A stretch of 64,000 nucleotides of DNA from Pseudomonadota bacterium (GCA_040384265.1 JAZKJM010000005.1:501332-565331), one strand, 5' to 3'; shown: positions 9,298-22,222, counted from the stretch's first letter. Notes: generated from the sequence alone by a model not told the origin. Made by a program: numbers and translations.

Positions 9298-10575
9298 ATG
9301 TTCTTTTACCGCTATGCGGCACCCGTTCTGGGGCTGCTCCTGCTTTCCAACACCGCCCTCGCGCAGGACGGGCCACCGCCATTGACGCCAACCCAGGCAG
9401 TTGATGAAGCCTTAACTCACTCACCACGCGTCGCCGCTGCCGATGCGGGCATCCGCTCGGCCGAAGGTGGGCTGGCACAGGCCGATACCTCGCCCAACCC
9501 ATCCCTTGGCATCGAAGGCGAGAATATCGGCGGCAACGGCCCCTATAACGGCTTTGACAGCGCCGAACTTACCTACGGCCTATCCCAGCAAATCGAGCTT
9601 GGTGGCAAGCGCAGCGCCCGCGAAGCGGCGGCGAAAAAGCAGATCACCATCGCCGAGTTGGATGCGACCATCACCCGCCTCGATCTCGCGCGCGATGTGA
9701 AGCAAGCCTTTGCATCGGCAGTGGCCGCGCAGGAATCGCTGCGCCTGGCCGAGGATGCACTCGCCATTGCCCGCGAGGAGTTGAAAAGCGTCGCCCGGCG
9801 GGTAGCCGAAGCGGCGTCCCCCCTCATCCAGAAAAGCAAAGCGGAAGTCACGCTGGCGACGGCGACTTTTAACGTGGAACAGGCCCGGCAAGAGCTAAGC
9901 GTCGCGCGCATGCAGCTCGCGACATTGCTCGGCCGTAGCCAATTAACCGAAAGGCTGGATACATCGTCATTCTTCGCGGTCGAGGAGACGGCAGCGCCGC
10001 AAGCGGATGCCATCGAGCGCACCCCGGATATGCTGCGCCTTCGGCTGCATGAAGACCGCGCGAAAGCATTGCTGGATATCGAGCAAGCCGGCGCGATTCC
10101 CGATCCCGTCGTCAGCCTCGGTGTGCGGCAGCTTCGTCAGACGAATGACCACGCGTTTGTTGTCGGCGTGTCCATTCCGCTACCGGTGATGCACAGCAAT
10201 AGCGGCAATATCGCTAGCGCCAGTGCCGAAGTCACGCGCACGGCGAGTGACCAGCAAACGGCGCGGCTAGGCCTGCTGCAACGCTACGCTGCCGCCATAT
10301 CCGCACGGCGCACGGCGTATGTGAAGGCCACCAGCTACAAAACCACCGTGCTACCCGCTGCCGAGCAGGCATTCGCGCTCTCACGCCAAGGCTATGGCGC
10401 GGGCAAGTTCCAGTATCTGGAAGTGCTCGATGCGCAGCGCACCCTGTTCGATGCGCGGGCGCAGTATGTGGGCGCATTGCGCGACTACCATATCCGAAAC
10501 GCTGAGCTGGAGCGGCTCGGCACCCCTTACGAATCCGCCACGAAAACCGATGGAGCACCTGATGCGAAAAAGTAA
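9298..10575 (+). CDS. TolC-family outer-membrane efflux factor (CzcC/CusC-like)
   Basis: 425 aa. N-terminal signal, two coiled-coil/beta-barrel repeat halves. The C-terminal GAGKFQYLEVLDAQRTLFDARAQYVGAL is typical of OMF proteins. First gene of the CBA operon. Confidence 0.8.
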   Translation: MFFYRYAAPVLGLLLLSNTALAQDGPPPLTPTQAVDEALTHSPRVAAADAGIRSAEGGLAQADTSPNPSLGIEGENIGGNGPYNGFDSAELTYGLSQQIELGGKRSAREAAAKKQITIAELDATITRLDLARDVKQAFASAVAAQESLRLAEDALAIAREELKSVARRVAEAASPLIQKSKAEVTLATATFNVEQARQELSVARMQLATLLGRSQLTERLDTSSFFAVEETAAPQADAIERTPDMLRLRLHEDRAKALLDIEQAGAIPDPVVSLGVRQLRQTNDHAFVVGVSIPLPVMHSNSGNIASASAEVTRTASDQQTARLGLLQRYAAAISARRTAYVKATSYKTTVLPAAEQAFALSRQGYGAGKFQYLEVLDAQRTLFDARAQYVGALRDYHIRNAELERLGTPYESATKTDGAPDAKK

Positions 10576-11527
10576 ACGACCGCTGTTTTTTCTGTTGCTT
10601 ATCGTGCTGCTGGTAGGCGGAGGGATCGCCGCATTCACCGGTGGCAACGAGCCGCCCGCGCAGGAGGCTGAAACCCCTGCCGGTGACGCACATGGTCACG
10701 GCACGGAGGAAGCCGACAGCACGGACATTAGCGATGCATCCGCCGCCACCATGAACATCCAGACAGTCACCGCAGGACCGGCAGCGATTCGCCAGACCAT
10801 CCGCGTATCCGGGCGCATGGTGCTGAATCAGAACCGCTCCGCCGAGGTGAAGGCCCGCTTTGCAGGCATTGTGCGCGGCGTTTTCAAACAGGTCGGCGAC
10901 ACCGTGAAACGTGGCGATAAGCTCGCAACCGTTGAAAGCAACGAAAGCCTTCAGGTGTATGCCGTGCCCGCGCCGCTCGATGGCGTGGTGCTGGAACGCA
11001 CCATCAGCGTCGGCGATACGGCAAGCGATGCACCGATCTTCCGCGTTGCTGATTTATCGAGCCTGTGGGCGGAATTCTTCATCTTTGCTGCCGATATGGA
11101 ATCCGTGCGCCAGGGCCAGCCCATCATCATCCGCGCGCTGGATGGCAAAACATCCACCATGAGCACACTGCAAACCATCCAGCCAACCGCTGAAGCATCC
11201 AGCCAAACGGTGCTAGCGCGCGCGGAAGTTGAGAATGCAACCGGCGCATGGCGCTCCGGTATGACCGTGCAAGGCGATGTGGTGATCAGCGAGCAGCCGG
11301 TTGCCTTGGCCGTGCCAACGGCGGCTATCCAGCGTGTCGAAGGCAAGGATGTGGTCTTTGTAAAAACGGGCACGCGCTACACCGCCACCCCCGTCACCCT
11401 CGGCCGCAGCGATACGCAGATGACCGAAATCACCGCCGGGCTATCCGCCGGGGCAACCGTGGTCAGCACCAACAGTTTCATCGTGAAAGCAGACATCGGC
11501 AAAGCCGGTGCCGAGCACGAACACTAG
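10562..11527 (+). CDS. RND efflux periplasmic adaptor (membrane-fusion protein, CzcB/CusB-like)
   Basis: Frame of ORF 10394..11527. Start trimmed to ATG 10562 (or 10550): MRKSKRPLFFLLLIVLLVGGGIAAF TM anchor, His/acidic-rich linker (DAHGHGTEEAD), lipoyl/beta-barrel segments (GDTVKRGDKLATVES). Confidence 0.8.
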   Translation: MRKSKRPLFFLLLIVLLVGGGIAAFTGGNEPPAQEAETPAGDAHGHGTEEADSTDISDASAATMNIQTVTAGPAAIRQTIRVSGRMVLNQNRSAEVKARFAGIVRGVFKQVGDTVKRGDKLATVESNESLQVYAVPAPLDGVVLERTISVGDTASDAPIFRVADLSSLWAEFFIFAADMESVRQGQPIIIRALDGKTSTMSTLQTIQPTAEASSQTVLARAEVENATGAWRSGMTVQGDVVISEQPVALAVPTAAIQRVEGKDVVFVKTGTRYTATPVTLGRSDTQMTEITAGLSAGATVVSTNSFIVKADIGKAGAEHEH

Positions 11528-11539
11528 GCGAGACAGCAC

Positions 11540-14500
11540 ATGATCCATTTTATCCTTACGTTCGCGTTGCGTCACCGGGTTCTGGTGGGCTTGCTCAGCC
11601 TCTGTGTGGCAGCGGGTGGCATGGTCGCGTTGAGCCAGCTGCCGATTGATGCTGTGCCCGACATCACCAACAATCAGGTGCAGATCACCACCGAGGCTCC
11701 GGCATTCTCGCCGCTGGAAATCGAACAGCAGGTGACCTATCCGCTGGAAACAGCATTGGCTGGCATACCGGGGCTGGAAAGCACGCGATCACTCTCGCGC
11801 AACGGCTTCTCGCAGATCACCGCCATCTTCACGGAAGAGACGGATATTTACTTCGCCCGCCAGCAGGTCGGCGAACGCATCACCGAAGCGCGCGAAACAA
11901 TGCCAGCTGGCGTCGAGCCACGGCTTGGCGCCATCTCCACCGGCCTTGGCGAAATTTATATGTGGACGGTGGAATACACCCATCCCATGGGCAAAGGCGC
12001 CACCGCAACCGATGGGCAGCCCGGCTGGCAAAGCAATGGCAGCTACCGCACCCCCGAAGGCCAGCTACTGCGCGAGGAGCACGAACTGGCGACCTATCTG
12101 CGCACCGTGCAGGATTGGCTGATTCGCCCACCATTGCGCGGGGTGAAGGGGGTGGCGGAGGTAGACGCCATCGGCGGCTATGCGAAGCAATACCATGTGG
12201 CCCCCAACCCCGATAAATTGCTGGCCTATGGCCTGTCACTGGCCGAACTCGTGCGCGTGTTGGAAGAAAACAACACCAGCATCGGCGCAGGCTTTATCGA
12301 GCGCAACGGCGAAGCCTTCATGACCCGTGCCGATGGGCGTATCCACTCCATGGAAGACATTGGCAATATGGTCATCGCCAACCGCCGTGGCATCCCGATC
12401 TACCTGCGCAATGTCGCGGATATTTCCATTGGCAAGGAGTTGCGTACGGGCAGCGCCAGCGAAAATGGCTACGAAGTCGTCGTCGGCACCGCCCTGATGC
12501 TGATTGGGCAGAACAGCCGCACGGTGTCCGAGGCGGTCGATACCAAGCTGCAGCAGATCAATAAAACCCTCCCGCCCGATATTCGCGCCAAAACCGTGCT
12601 GAACCGCACCAAGCTGGTGGATGCCACGATCAGCACCGTGCAGAAAAACCTGACCGAGGGGGCACTGCTTGTTGTTGCCGTGCTGTTCCTGCTGCTGGGC
12701 AATATCCGCGCTGCATTGATCACGGCGCTGGTCATCCCGCTCGCCATGCTGATGACCGCCATGGGCATGCTGAAAGCGGGCATCAGCGGCAACCTGATGA
12801 GCCTTGGTGCGCTCGATTTCGGGCTGATTGTCGATGGCGCGGTGATTATCACCGAGAACTGCCTGCGCCGGTTAGCAGAGAAGCAGCAGCATGTCGGGCG
12901 ATTGCTCACGCTGGATGAACGTCTGCATGAAGTCTTGTTGGCCGCACGCGAAATGATTGAGCCGACCGTGTTCGGCCAGGCCATCATCATCATGGTCTAT
13001 GTTCCGCTGCTGACCTTTACCGGGGTCGAAGGCAAGATGTTCGAGCCCATGGCGATGACCGTGATCCTTGCGCTGGTGGCGGCCTTTATCCTCTCGCTCA
13101 CCTTCATCCCCGCCATGATTGCGCTGTTCGTGACCGGCCGAGTGGAAGAAAAAGAAAGCCGCGCGATCCGCAAAGCCAAGGCATGGTACGCGCCGTGCCT
13201 TGGCTTTGCCTTGCGCAAGCCAACGACCATCGTGCTCAGCGCCGTGGGGGCCTTTGCGGTGGCGCTGCTGGTGTTCATCTCCATGGGGCGCGAGTTCATC
13301 CCCACGTTGGATGAGAAAGACATCGCCATGCATGCGATGCGGATTCCTTCGACCTCGCTGAACCAGTCGCAGGCCATGCAGTTCGAGGTGGAGCGCGCTG
13401 TCAGCCGCATTCCGGAAGTGGATTTTGTGTTCTCCAAAACCGGCACTGCCAAGGCGGCGGGCGACCCGATGCCACCGAATGTCTCGGATACCTTCATCAT
13501 CCTGAAACCACGCGACGAATGGAAAAACGCTGGCAGCAAAGCCGAAGTGATTGAACGCATCGAGGCTGAAGTCGCCACCATTCCCGGCAATAATTACGAG
13601 TTCACCCAGCCCATCCAGATGCGCTTCAACGAGCTCATTTCCGGCGTGCGCAGCGATGTGGCAGTGAAGCTGTTCGGTGAAGAGTTTCCTGAAATGGAGC
13701 GCACCGCCGCACAGATCGCCCGCGCGCTGAAAGCCATCGACGGCGCGCAGGATGTCAAGGTCGAACAAACGTCCGGCCTGCCCATGCTGGAAGTGAAACT
13801 AAACAAAGAAGCTATCGCCCGCTACGGCATGAACACCGGCGACGTGCTGGATGTGGTGGCGATTGCCATGGGCGGTAAGCCTGCCGGGCTGATCTTCGAG
13901 GGTGATAAGCGATTCGCTCTTGTGGTGCGGTTGCCGGATGCAGTGCGCGCCGACATGGACACCATCAACACCCTGCCCATCCTTCTCCCGGCCGATGATT
14001 TCGATGCCAAGGCAGGCGAAATCCACGCCCGCCCACGCTATGTACCGCTGAAGGAGGTTGCAACCCTCACCTTCAGTGAAGGCCCCAACCAGATCAGCCG
14101 CGAAAACGGCAAGCGCCGGGTGGTGATCCAGGCCAACGTGCGTGGCCGCGATATCGGCTCGTTTGTCGAGGAAGCCCAGCGCGCGCTGGATGAGACAGTG
14201 AAGCTCCCCGCCGGTTACTGGTTGGAATGGGGCGGACAGTTCAAAAACCTGCAAGACGCCACCGCCCGGCTGATACTGGTGGTGCCCGCCTGCTTCTTCA
14301 TGATTTTCCTGCTGCTGTTCACCGCGCTGCATTCCGGCCGTCAGGCGTTGCTGGTGTTCAGCGGGGTGCCCTTGGCACTGACCGGTGGCATTCTCGCGCT
14401 TTGGCTGCGCGGCATGCCCTTCTCCATCTCGGCAGCGGTTGGGTTTATTGCCCTGTCCGGCGTGGCAGTGCTCAATGGGTTAGTACTCATCAACCGCATC

Positions 14501-14764
14501 AACCAACTGGTGCGCGAAGGGTTGCCCTCGGAGCAAGCCGTGCGCGAGGGCGCACTCTCCCGCCTTCGCCCAGTGCTGATGACCGCCCTGGTTGCCTCGC
14601 TCGGTTTCGTGCCGATGGCCATTGCCATGGGTGCCGGGGCGGAAGTACAGAAACCGCTGGCCACCGTGGTCATCGGCGGCCTCATCACCGCCACCGCCCT
14701 CACCCTGCTGGTGCTGCCCGCCCTCTATCACCGCTTCAATCTCGCTGCGCATAGCAAGGGGTAA
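11540..14764 (+). CDS. czcA: Heavy-metal efflux RND pump, CzcA/CusA family
   Basis: 1074 aa. The N-terminus LPIDAVPDITNNQVQITTEAPAFSPLEIEQQVTYPLE...TRSLSRNGFSQITAIF...STGLGEIYMWTVE is near-diagnostic for the CzcA family. 12-TM RND layout. Metal specificity is not determinable by eye. Confidence 0.9.
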   Translation: MIHFILTFALRHRVLVGLLSLCVAAGGMVALSQLPIDAVPDITNNQVQITTEAPAFSPLEIEQQVTYPLETALAGIPGLESTRSLSRNGFSQITAIFTEETDIYFARQQVGERITEARETMPAGVEPRLGAISTGLGEIYMWTVEYTHPMGKGATATDGQPGWQSNGSYRTPEGQLLREEHELATYLRTVQDWLIRPPLRGVKGVAEVDAIGGYAKQYHVAPNPDKLLAYGLSLAELVRVLEENNTSIGAGFIERNGEAFMTRADGRIHSMEDIGNMVIANRRGIPIYLRNVADISIGKELRTGSASENGYEVVVGTALMLIGQNSRTVSEAVDTKLQQINKTLPPDIRAKTVLNRTKLVDATISTVQKNLTEGALLVVAVLFLLLGNIRAALITALVIPLAMLMTAMGMLKAGISGNLMSLGALDFGLIVDGAVIITENCLRRLAEKQQHVGRLLTLDERLHEVLLAAREMIEPTVFGQAIIIMVYVPLLTFTGVEGKMFEPMAMTVILALVAAFILSLTFIPAMIALFVTGRVEEKESRAIRKAKAWYAPCLGFALRKPTTIVLSAVGAFAVALLVFISMGREFIPTLDEKDIAMHAMRIPSTSLNQSQAMQFEVERAVSRIPEVDFVFSKTGTAKAAGDPMPPNVSDTFIILKPRDEWKNAGSKAEVIERIEAEVATIPGNNYEFTQPIQMRFNELISGVRSDVAVKLFGEEFPEMERTAAQIARALKAIDGAQDVKVEQTSGLPMLEVKLNKEAIARYGMNTGDVLDVVAIAMGGKPAGLIFEGDKRFALVVRLPDAVRADMDTINTLPILLPADDFDAKAGEIHARPRYVPLKEVATLTFSEGPNQISRENGKRRVVIQANVRGRDIGSFVEEAQRALDETVKLPAGYWLEWGGQFKNLQDATARLILVVPACFFMIFLLLFTALHSGRQALLVFSGVPLALTGGILALWLRGMPFSISAAVGFIALSGVAVLNGLVLINRINQLVREGLPSEQAVREGALSRLRPVLMTALVASLGFVPMAIAMGAGAEVQKPLATVVIGGLITATALTLLVLPALYHRFNLAAHSKG

Positions 14765-14867
14765 ATCACACGAGCGCAAAACCATGCCAGCCCATAGCCA
14801 CTATCTGCTATGGAGCGGCATACATTACTAAAAAATAATTCCCATTTTCTGTCGCACCGCATTATGA

Positions 14868-17126
<2,259 letters not shown>

Positions 17127-17336
17127 TGCCCCACGCTCCGCTTGGACCATGGGTTATGGCGCAGACAATGCTTGAAACCGGGGCAGTGATGCTAGTGTTC
17201 TGGTTGATGGTTGCGAAACCATAGCCCGCCTGCACAGAATTTGCACAACAATGCCTTGGCAATGCCTTAAGTCCGTCATCATCGCGCCACAAATGGGTGG
17301 CATGGTTGGTTCCATAGAAATCTATAGGAGCCAACC

Positions 17337-18827
17337 ATGCACTACGCCAATATCCAGAAACGATTCTCGTTCAAAACATCTTTCAAGTTAGCCAGCTGTG
17401 CCGGGTTGGTCGCGCTTGGTGACTTTCTATTTTTCGATGTGCCGGTGGGATGGACGCTGGGTTTATTTGGCTTGGTCCTGTTGCTGGCTGTGCGGTGTCA
17501 CAGCAACCCCATGGGGCGTCGCCGTGCGACGGATATAGCAACATTGGCCACACTCGGCCTGTCGCTCGCACTCATTGAAATGCCAACGGTTGAAACCCTC
17601 GTGCTTTATAGCTTCAGCATTATGACCCTTGCACTCTTGCCCAAGCTTTCCCGGCTCGATGATGCCCGGATGCTGGCGCGAAGCCTCCTGCGCTATCTGT
17701 TTAGGGGCTGGATCCGCCTGCTGATGGATGGGCTGATGATATCGCACGTTCTGAAGCGCTTACAAAAACGTAACGGCCGCAAGCGCTCTTTTGTGCGGCA
17801 TTGGTTATTGCCATGCGTCATGTCGGGCATTTTTGTGCTGCTGTTTGCCAAAGCCAACCCCATTATTACCCAATGGTTGGATAAAATTGAGTGGTATGGG
17901 CTGATGCAATATCTGTCATTTTCGCGCATTTGCTTTGCCACAGCGATTGCACTGAGCAGCTGGGCGCTGATTCGTCCCAAATTCAAGCATCCCCTTAAAA
18001 AGGCACCTTCGGAGCTGAAAACAAAGCAGCCTTTCACGCTGACGGCGCTGCTTTTCAATGAGCGCTCGATCACAACCTCGTTGCTGCTTTTTAATGGCCT
18101 GTTTCTGGTGCAGAATCTCATGGATGTAGCGTTTCTGTGGAGCGGGACTGCTTTGCCTGAAGGCATGACCTATGCCAGCTACGCGCACCAAGGCGCCTAC
18201 CCGCTCATTGCCACCGCCCTGCTCGCCGCTGCGTTTGTGCTGATTGCACTTAAGCCCGGCAGTGCCACGGAGCAGGTATCGGTTATCCGCAACCTGGTAT
18301 TTGCTTGGGTGGGGCAGAATATCTTCCTGGTGCTTTCCTCTATTATACGTACCGTCGGCTACATCGAAGAATATTCCCTCACCTATCTTCGCGTCGCGGC
18401 GCTGATCTGGATGGTCTTGGTGGCATTGGGCCTGGTGCTCATTATTGCCCGCATCCGGCTACGCAAAACCAACCTCTGGCTCATCAATGCCAATAGCATG
18501 GCCATGGTTGCAACGCTTTACCTGTGCTGCTTCATCAACGTCGGTGGCTTCATCGCTTGGCATAACGTCACGCATGCAAGCGAAGTAACGCAACATGGTA
18601 CACCGTTGGATGTTGGCTATCTCACGCGTTCCATCGGGGTGGAGGCCATTCCCGCCTTGCTATGGTTCGAGCATCACTATCCCCATAGCGGCAAGCTCCA
18701 TGCCGTACAGGATGCACGTCAATCGCTGGCAGCGGAGCTGGATGATTCCATGAATGATTGGCGGCGTTGGAATTTCCGTGAGTTCCGCATTGCGCGAGCG
18801 ATCGCATCCCCCACCTACCGTTACTAA
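17337..18827 (+). CDS. Polytopic membrane protein of unknown function (DUF4153/DUF4173-like)
   Basis: 496 aa, about 10 or more hydrophobic helices, no catalytic motif recognised. The family label is only my recollection of similar alphaproteobacterial proteins. Confidence 0.55.
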   Translation: MHYANIQKRFSFKTSFKLASCAGLVALGDFLFFDVPVGWTLGLFGLVLLLAVRCHSNPMGRRRATDIATLATLGLSLALIEMPTVETLVLYSFSIMTLALLPKLSRLDDARMLARSLLRYLFRGWIRLLMDGLMISHVLKRLQKRNGRKRSFVRHWLLPCVMSGIFVLLFAKANPIITQWLDKIEWYGLMQYLSFSRICFATAIALSSWALIRPKFKHPLKKAPSELKTKQPFTLTALLFNERSITTSLLLFNGLFLVQNLMDVAFLWSGTALPEGMTYASYAHQGAYPLIATALLAAAFVLIALKPGSATEQVSVIRNLVFAWVGQNIFLVLSSIIRTVGYIEEYSLTYLRVAALIWMVLVALGLVLIIARIRLRKTNLWLINANSMAMVATLYLCCFINVGGFIAWHNVTHASEVTQHGTPLDVGYLTRSIGVEAIPALLWFEHHYPHSGKLHAVQDARQSLAAELDDSMNDWRRWNFREFRIARAIASPTYRY

Positions 18828-18838
18828 GAGGAAGCCTC

Positions 18839-19333
18839 ATGTTTATCGCACATATGCCGGCAGGTTATTTGCTCACGCGCTACATCCAACGCAAAACGGG
18901 AAATCAGTCGCGCCATGTCATGTGGTTCGGCCTGATCGCCAGCATATTCCCGGATATTGACCTGCTCTATTTCTTTCTGGTCGACCGCCGCAGCACGGAA
19001 CACCATCATTATGTGACGCATTTGCCCTTAGCATGGCTCGCGCTGGGGGCCACTGCATGGCTGGTGATGAGCATACTGAAAGAACGGCGTTACCTTATTT
19101 TCCTTGGCGTCGCCTTGGCAAATCTGATGCTGCATATGGTGCTGGATTCAATCGCTGCGACGATTTATTGGCTCGCCCCTTTCTCGAACGTGGGGGTGGA
19201 TTTAATCAATGTTACCGCGCATTATGATTGGTGGGTGTGGAGTTTCGTCCTTCACTGGACTTTTATGCTGGAGATACTGATAATTATCATCGCACTTCAT
19301 GTTGGGACCAAGCCATGCAAAAAAACATACTGA
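18839..19333 (+). CDS. Membrane-bound metal-dependent hydrolase, YdjM/DUF457-like
   Basis: 164 aa. MFIAHMPAGYLL..., FPDIDLLYF, EHHHYVTH, LHMVLDS: His/Asp pattern and 4-5 TM helices of the YdjM family. Confidence 0.65.
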   Translation: MFIAHMPAGYLLTRYIQRKTGNQSRHVMWFGLIASIFPDIDLLYFFLVDRRSTEHHHYVTHLPLAWLALGATAWLVMSILKERRYLIFLGVALANLMLHMVLDSIAATIYWLAPFSNVGVDLINVTAHYDWWVWSFVLHWTFMLEILIIIIALHVGTKPCKKTY

Positions 19334-19998
19334 TTGTCGATGATGATCCGCATATCCGCGAGGTGCTCCAATTCGCGCTGACGAAGGCAGGCTTTGGCGT
19401 GGAAATAGCGACGAATGGCAAGGAAGCCGTCGCCGCCGCCCAATCCCGCGCATTCGATTGCATGGTGCTGGATATCACCATGCCGGAGATGGACGGGCTT
19501 GAAGCGTGCAAACAGCTGCGAAAAACCTCGGAGGTTCCTATTCTTTTCCTCTCCTCGCGCGACGAGGAAATCGACCGGATCATCGGGCTGGAACTCGGTG
19601 GCGACGATTACGTCACCAAACCATTTAGCCCGCGCGAATTGGTGGCACGGGTGAATGCCATTCTTAAGCGCACGTTAGCAAAGCCGTCCGCCACCAAGCA
19701 AGTGCTTGAAAAAGGTGCCCTGCGCATTGATACCGAGCGCTATAGCGCCCTATGGCGGGATAAAACCATCGTGCTGACCGCAACGGAATTCACGCTGCTC
19801 GCCACCTTGCTGAACCACCCAGACAAGGTGTATAGCCGCGATGCGTTGATGGATGGTGCCTATCAGAATATCACGGTCAGTGACCGCACCATAGACAGCC
19901 ATATCCGCCGCATTCGCCAAAAATTTGCCGATGCGGGAGCAGAGAGCATCATTGAAACCATGCATGGCATTGGCTATAAGCTTGGCCCATGCCAGTAG
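19315..19998 (+). CDS. OmpR-family response regulator
   Basis: Frame of ORF 19228..19998. Start trimmed to ATG 19315 (MQKNILIVDDDPHIREVL). Receiver Asp in CMVLDITMPEMDG. C-terminal winged helix (LTATEFTLLATLL...GIGYKL). Confidence 0.85.
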   Translation: MQKNILIVDDDPHIREVLQFALTKAGFGVEIATNGKEAVAAAQSRAFDCMVLDITMPEMDGLEACKQLRKTSEVPILFLSSRDEEIDRIIGLELGGDDYVTKPFSPRELVARVNAILKRTLAKPSATKQVLEKGALRIDTERYSALWRDKTIVLTATEFTLLATLLNHPDKVYSRDALMDGAYQNITVSDRTIDSHIRRIRQKFADAGAESIIETMHGIGYKLGPCQ

Positions 19999-21563
19999 CG
20001 CGCGCCCATCCCTGGCGATTTCGGCTGCGCAGCATTTTGCTTTGGGTGCATATGCTGGTGCTCATTGTACCGCTGGGCAGTATCTATGTATTTCGGCTTT
20101 ATGAAAACGAGCTGGTGCGTGAAACCGAATCGGAATTGATTGCCCAGGGCGCCTATATCACGGCCATGTACAAGCAGGCGATTCACCCGCTGATCAACCA
20201 CCTGCCCGCTTATGGCGTGCCTATCGCCGCCAAGCGTAAGCAGAAAGACGACAAATACAACATTATTGCGCCAACCGTGGATGTGGCGAGCGCTCCTGTT
20301 TATCCGCCCCGTCCGGATGCGCTCAATGATTCGCTGCCGCCCGATCCCTTGGCCGCACGCACCGGAAAAACGATTTTTCCTATTTTGGATGAGGCGACCT
20401 TGACGACACTCGCGGGTGTGCGCATCACCGATTCCCACGGCATCGTCGTCGCCGGGCGCGAGGAAACCGGCATGTCGCTTGCCCATGTCGAAGAGGTTTC
20501 CGAAGCCTTACAAGGCCAGTATAGCGCCAGATTGCGTCAGCGAATTTCAAAACATGAAGACCCCGCATTAACCTCGGTTAGCCGTGGCACTGGCATGCGC
20601 TTGTTTGTGGCACTGCCGATTATCGATAACGATCGCGTGATTGGCGCAGTGCTTCTCTCACGCTCACCACGCTCGATCCTCAAGGGCTTGCAGGATGAAC
20701 AGGAGCGCATGCTTTTTGCCGCAGGGATCATCATTGCGATCACCGTATTGCTAGCCCTGGTCACGTCCTATGCCATCAGCCGCCCTATTCACGCGCTGAT
20801 CCGGCAAACACAACGCATTGCACGTGGCGAGAAAGATGTGCCGCCGATTGCAGAGCCGATCACCCAGGAGCTCGCGTTATTATCGCAAAATGTCGCACGT
20901 ATGGCAGATACCATCGCTGAGCGCTCCGACTATATCCGCAATTTCGCGATGCATGTGTCGCATGAATTCAAAACGCCGCTCACCGCCATTCAAGGCGCTA
21001 TCGAATTAATCCATGAGCATGGCGACTCCATGAAGCCGGAGCAGCTGCAGAAGTTCTTGGCCAATATAACCCACGATACGGATCGCCTGAAAATACTGGT
21101 ATCACGACTGCTGGAGCTTGCCCGTGCCGATGTGATGCAGGCCAATGCAGAGGCAACCGATGTCGGCGCCTTATTGAGGCACTTGCAAGCGCGCTACGCA
21201 GAACGTCTGAGCATTGGAGAACTCCGGGAACCCTTGCACGCCCATGTCGCGCAGGATGTGCTGGAAACCGTCTGCATCAACCTCCTGGAAAATAGCCTTC
21301 AGCATGGTGCAACCCATATTCGCATGAGCGCTTATGCGTTGGACGGTAGCATTACCATCGATGTCATCGACAATGGTGCAGGCATTTCTGCGGGCAATAG
21401 TGCAAAACTCTTCACGCCGTTCTTTACAACAAAGCGCGAACACGGTGGAACGGGCCTCGGACTCGTGATATCGCAAGCGTTGCTTAGGGCGTTTTACAGC
21501 GATTTGCAATGTATCCACGCCCCCAGCGGCGCGCATTTCAGGATATTACTCCGCATGGCATAA
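19989..21563 (+). CDS. Sensor histidine kinase (2 TM, periplasmic loop, HAMP, HisKA, HATPase)
   Basis: 524 aa. H-box HVSHEFKTPLTAI, N-box LLENSLQH, G-boxes DNGAGI and GGTGLGLVIS. Overlaps the regulator stop by 10 nt. Confidence 0.85.
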   Translation: MPVARAHPWRFRLRSILLWVHMLVLIVPLGSIYVFRLYENELVRETESELIAQGAYITAMYKQAIHPLINHLPAYGVPIAAKRKQKDDKYNIIAPTVDVASAPVYPPRPDALNDSLPPDPLAARTGKTIFPILDEATLTTLAGVRITDSHGIVVAGREETGMSLAHVEEVSEALQGQYSARLRQRISKHEDPALTSVSRGTGMRLFVALPIIDNDRVIGAVLLSRSPRSILKGLQDEQERMLFAAGIIIAITVLLALVTSYAISRPIHALIRQTQRIARGEKDVPPIAEPITQELALLSQNVARMADTIAERSDYIRNFAMHVSHEFKTPLTAIQGAIELIHEHGDSMKPEQLQKFLANITHDTDRLKILVSRLLELARADVMQANAEATDVGALLRHLQARYAERLSIGELREPLHAHVAQDVLETVCINLLENSLQHGATHIRMSAYALDGSITIDVIDNGAGISAGNSAKLFTPFFTTKREHGGTGLGLVISQALLRAFYSDLQCIHAPSGAHFRILLRMA

Positions 21564-21580
21564 GAAGTTTCCGGCGGCGA

Positions 21581-22222
21581 CTACTGTTCAAATTTCCCAT
21601 GCTGCAAAAATGCCAACGCCTGCCGACACATGTGTCGGTTTCCGGGAAAGAATGTGTGCGAGCTTGGCACAATCACATGATCTTTCATGCCCGTAAGCCT
21701 GGTGCTGTCGATGGATACTTTGCCATCGTTCGCTTTGCCGATGATGCGTGAGGAAATGAAATCGACCGGGCGATTGCCTGCGATCACGCCAACCTCGTAA
21801 TCCACTGCACCGAAGTGATGGACGAAGCCGGATTGGTCGGTAACCAGCTGCTGGCCGGCCGGTCCATAAAGCAGACGGTAGAGTTTTATGTCTCGAAGGA
21901 AATCGGCCACTTCGCTACCCTGATTGGGCGTGCCGATCATGACGACGCGTCCCAGATTCTGCGGTTTATAGCGGTGCAGACAGGCGCGAATCACCAGCCC
22001 GCCCATGGAATATCCCACCAAATGCACCTTGCCCGGTATCGATTCAGCAAATGCAGCCATGCGCGGGGTGATTGCATCGGCAATGGCTTCAATCGAATGC
22101 CGGGTAGATGGGTAGCCAAGATTGAGCACTTCAAACCCGCTCTTCTCAAGAAAACTGGCCAGTTTACGCATGCTGCGATGCGTACGAAAAATACCGTGCA
22201 GAATGATGACGCCCTCACGCAT
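21581..22222 (-). CDS. Alpha/beta-hydrolase (lipase/esterase-like)
   Basis: Frame of ORF 21581..22252. Start trimmed to ATG 22222 (MREGVIILHG; ATGCGTGA overlap with the TetR stop). Nucleophile elbow GYSMGG. Later IGTPNQGS. Confidence 0.75.
   Translation of the reverse strand: MREGVIILHGIFRTHRSMRKLASFLEKSGFEVLNLGYPSTRHSIEAIADAITPRMAAFAESIPGKVHLVGYSMGGLVIRACLHRYKPQNLGRVVMIGTPNQGSEVADFLRDIKLYRLLYGPAGQQLVTDQSGFVHHFGAVDYEVGVIAGNRPVDFISSRIIGKANDGKVSIDSTRLTGMKDHVIVPSSHTFFPGNRHMCRQALAFLQHGKFEQ

Noticed and set aside
12469-13768. Minus-strand ORFs of 174, 197 and 298 aa inside czcA, and similar ones at 48981-49805 (kdpA), 51487-52259 (kdpB), 42980-43594 (mlaE) and 36060-38660 (Aas fusion)
   Set aside because: All are antisense or out-of-frame relative to confidently identified genes. 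They are Ser/Arg/Ala-rich with no motifs.
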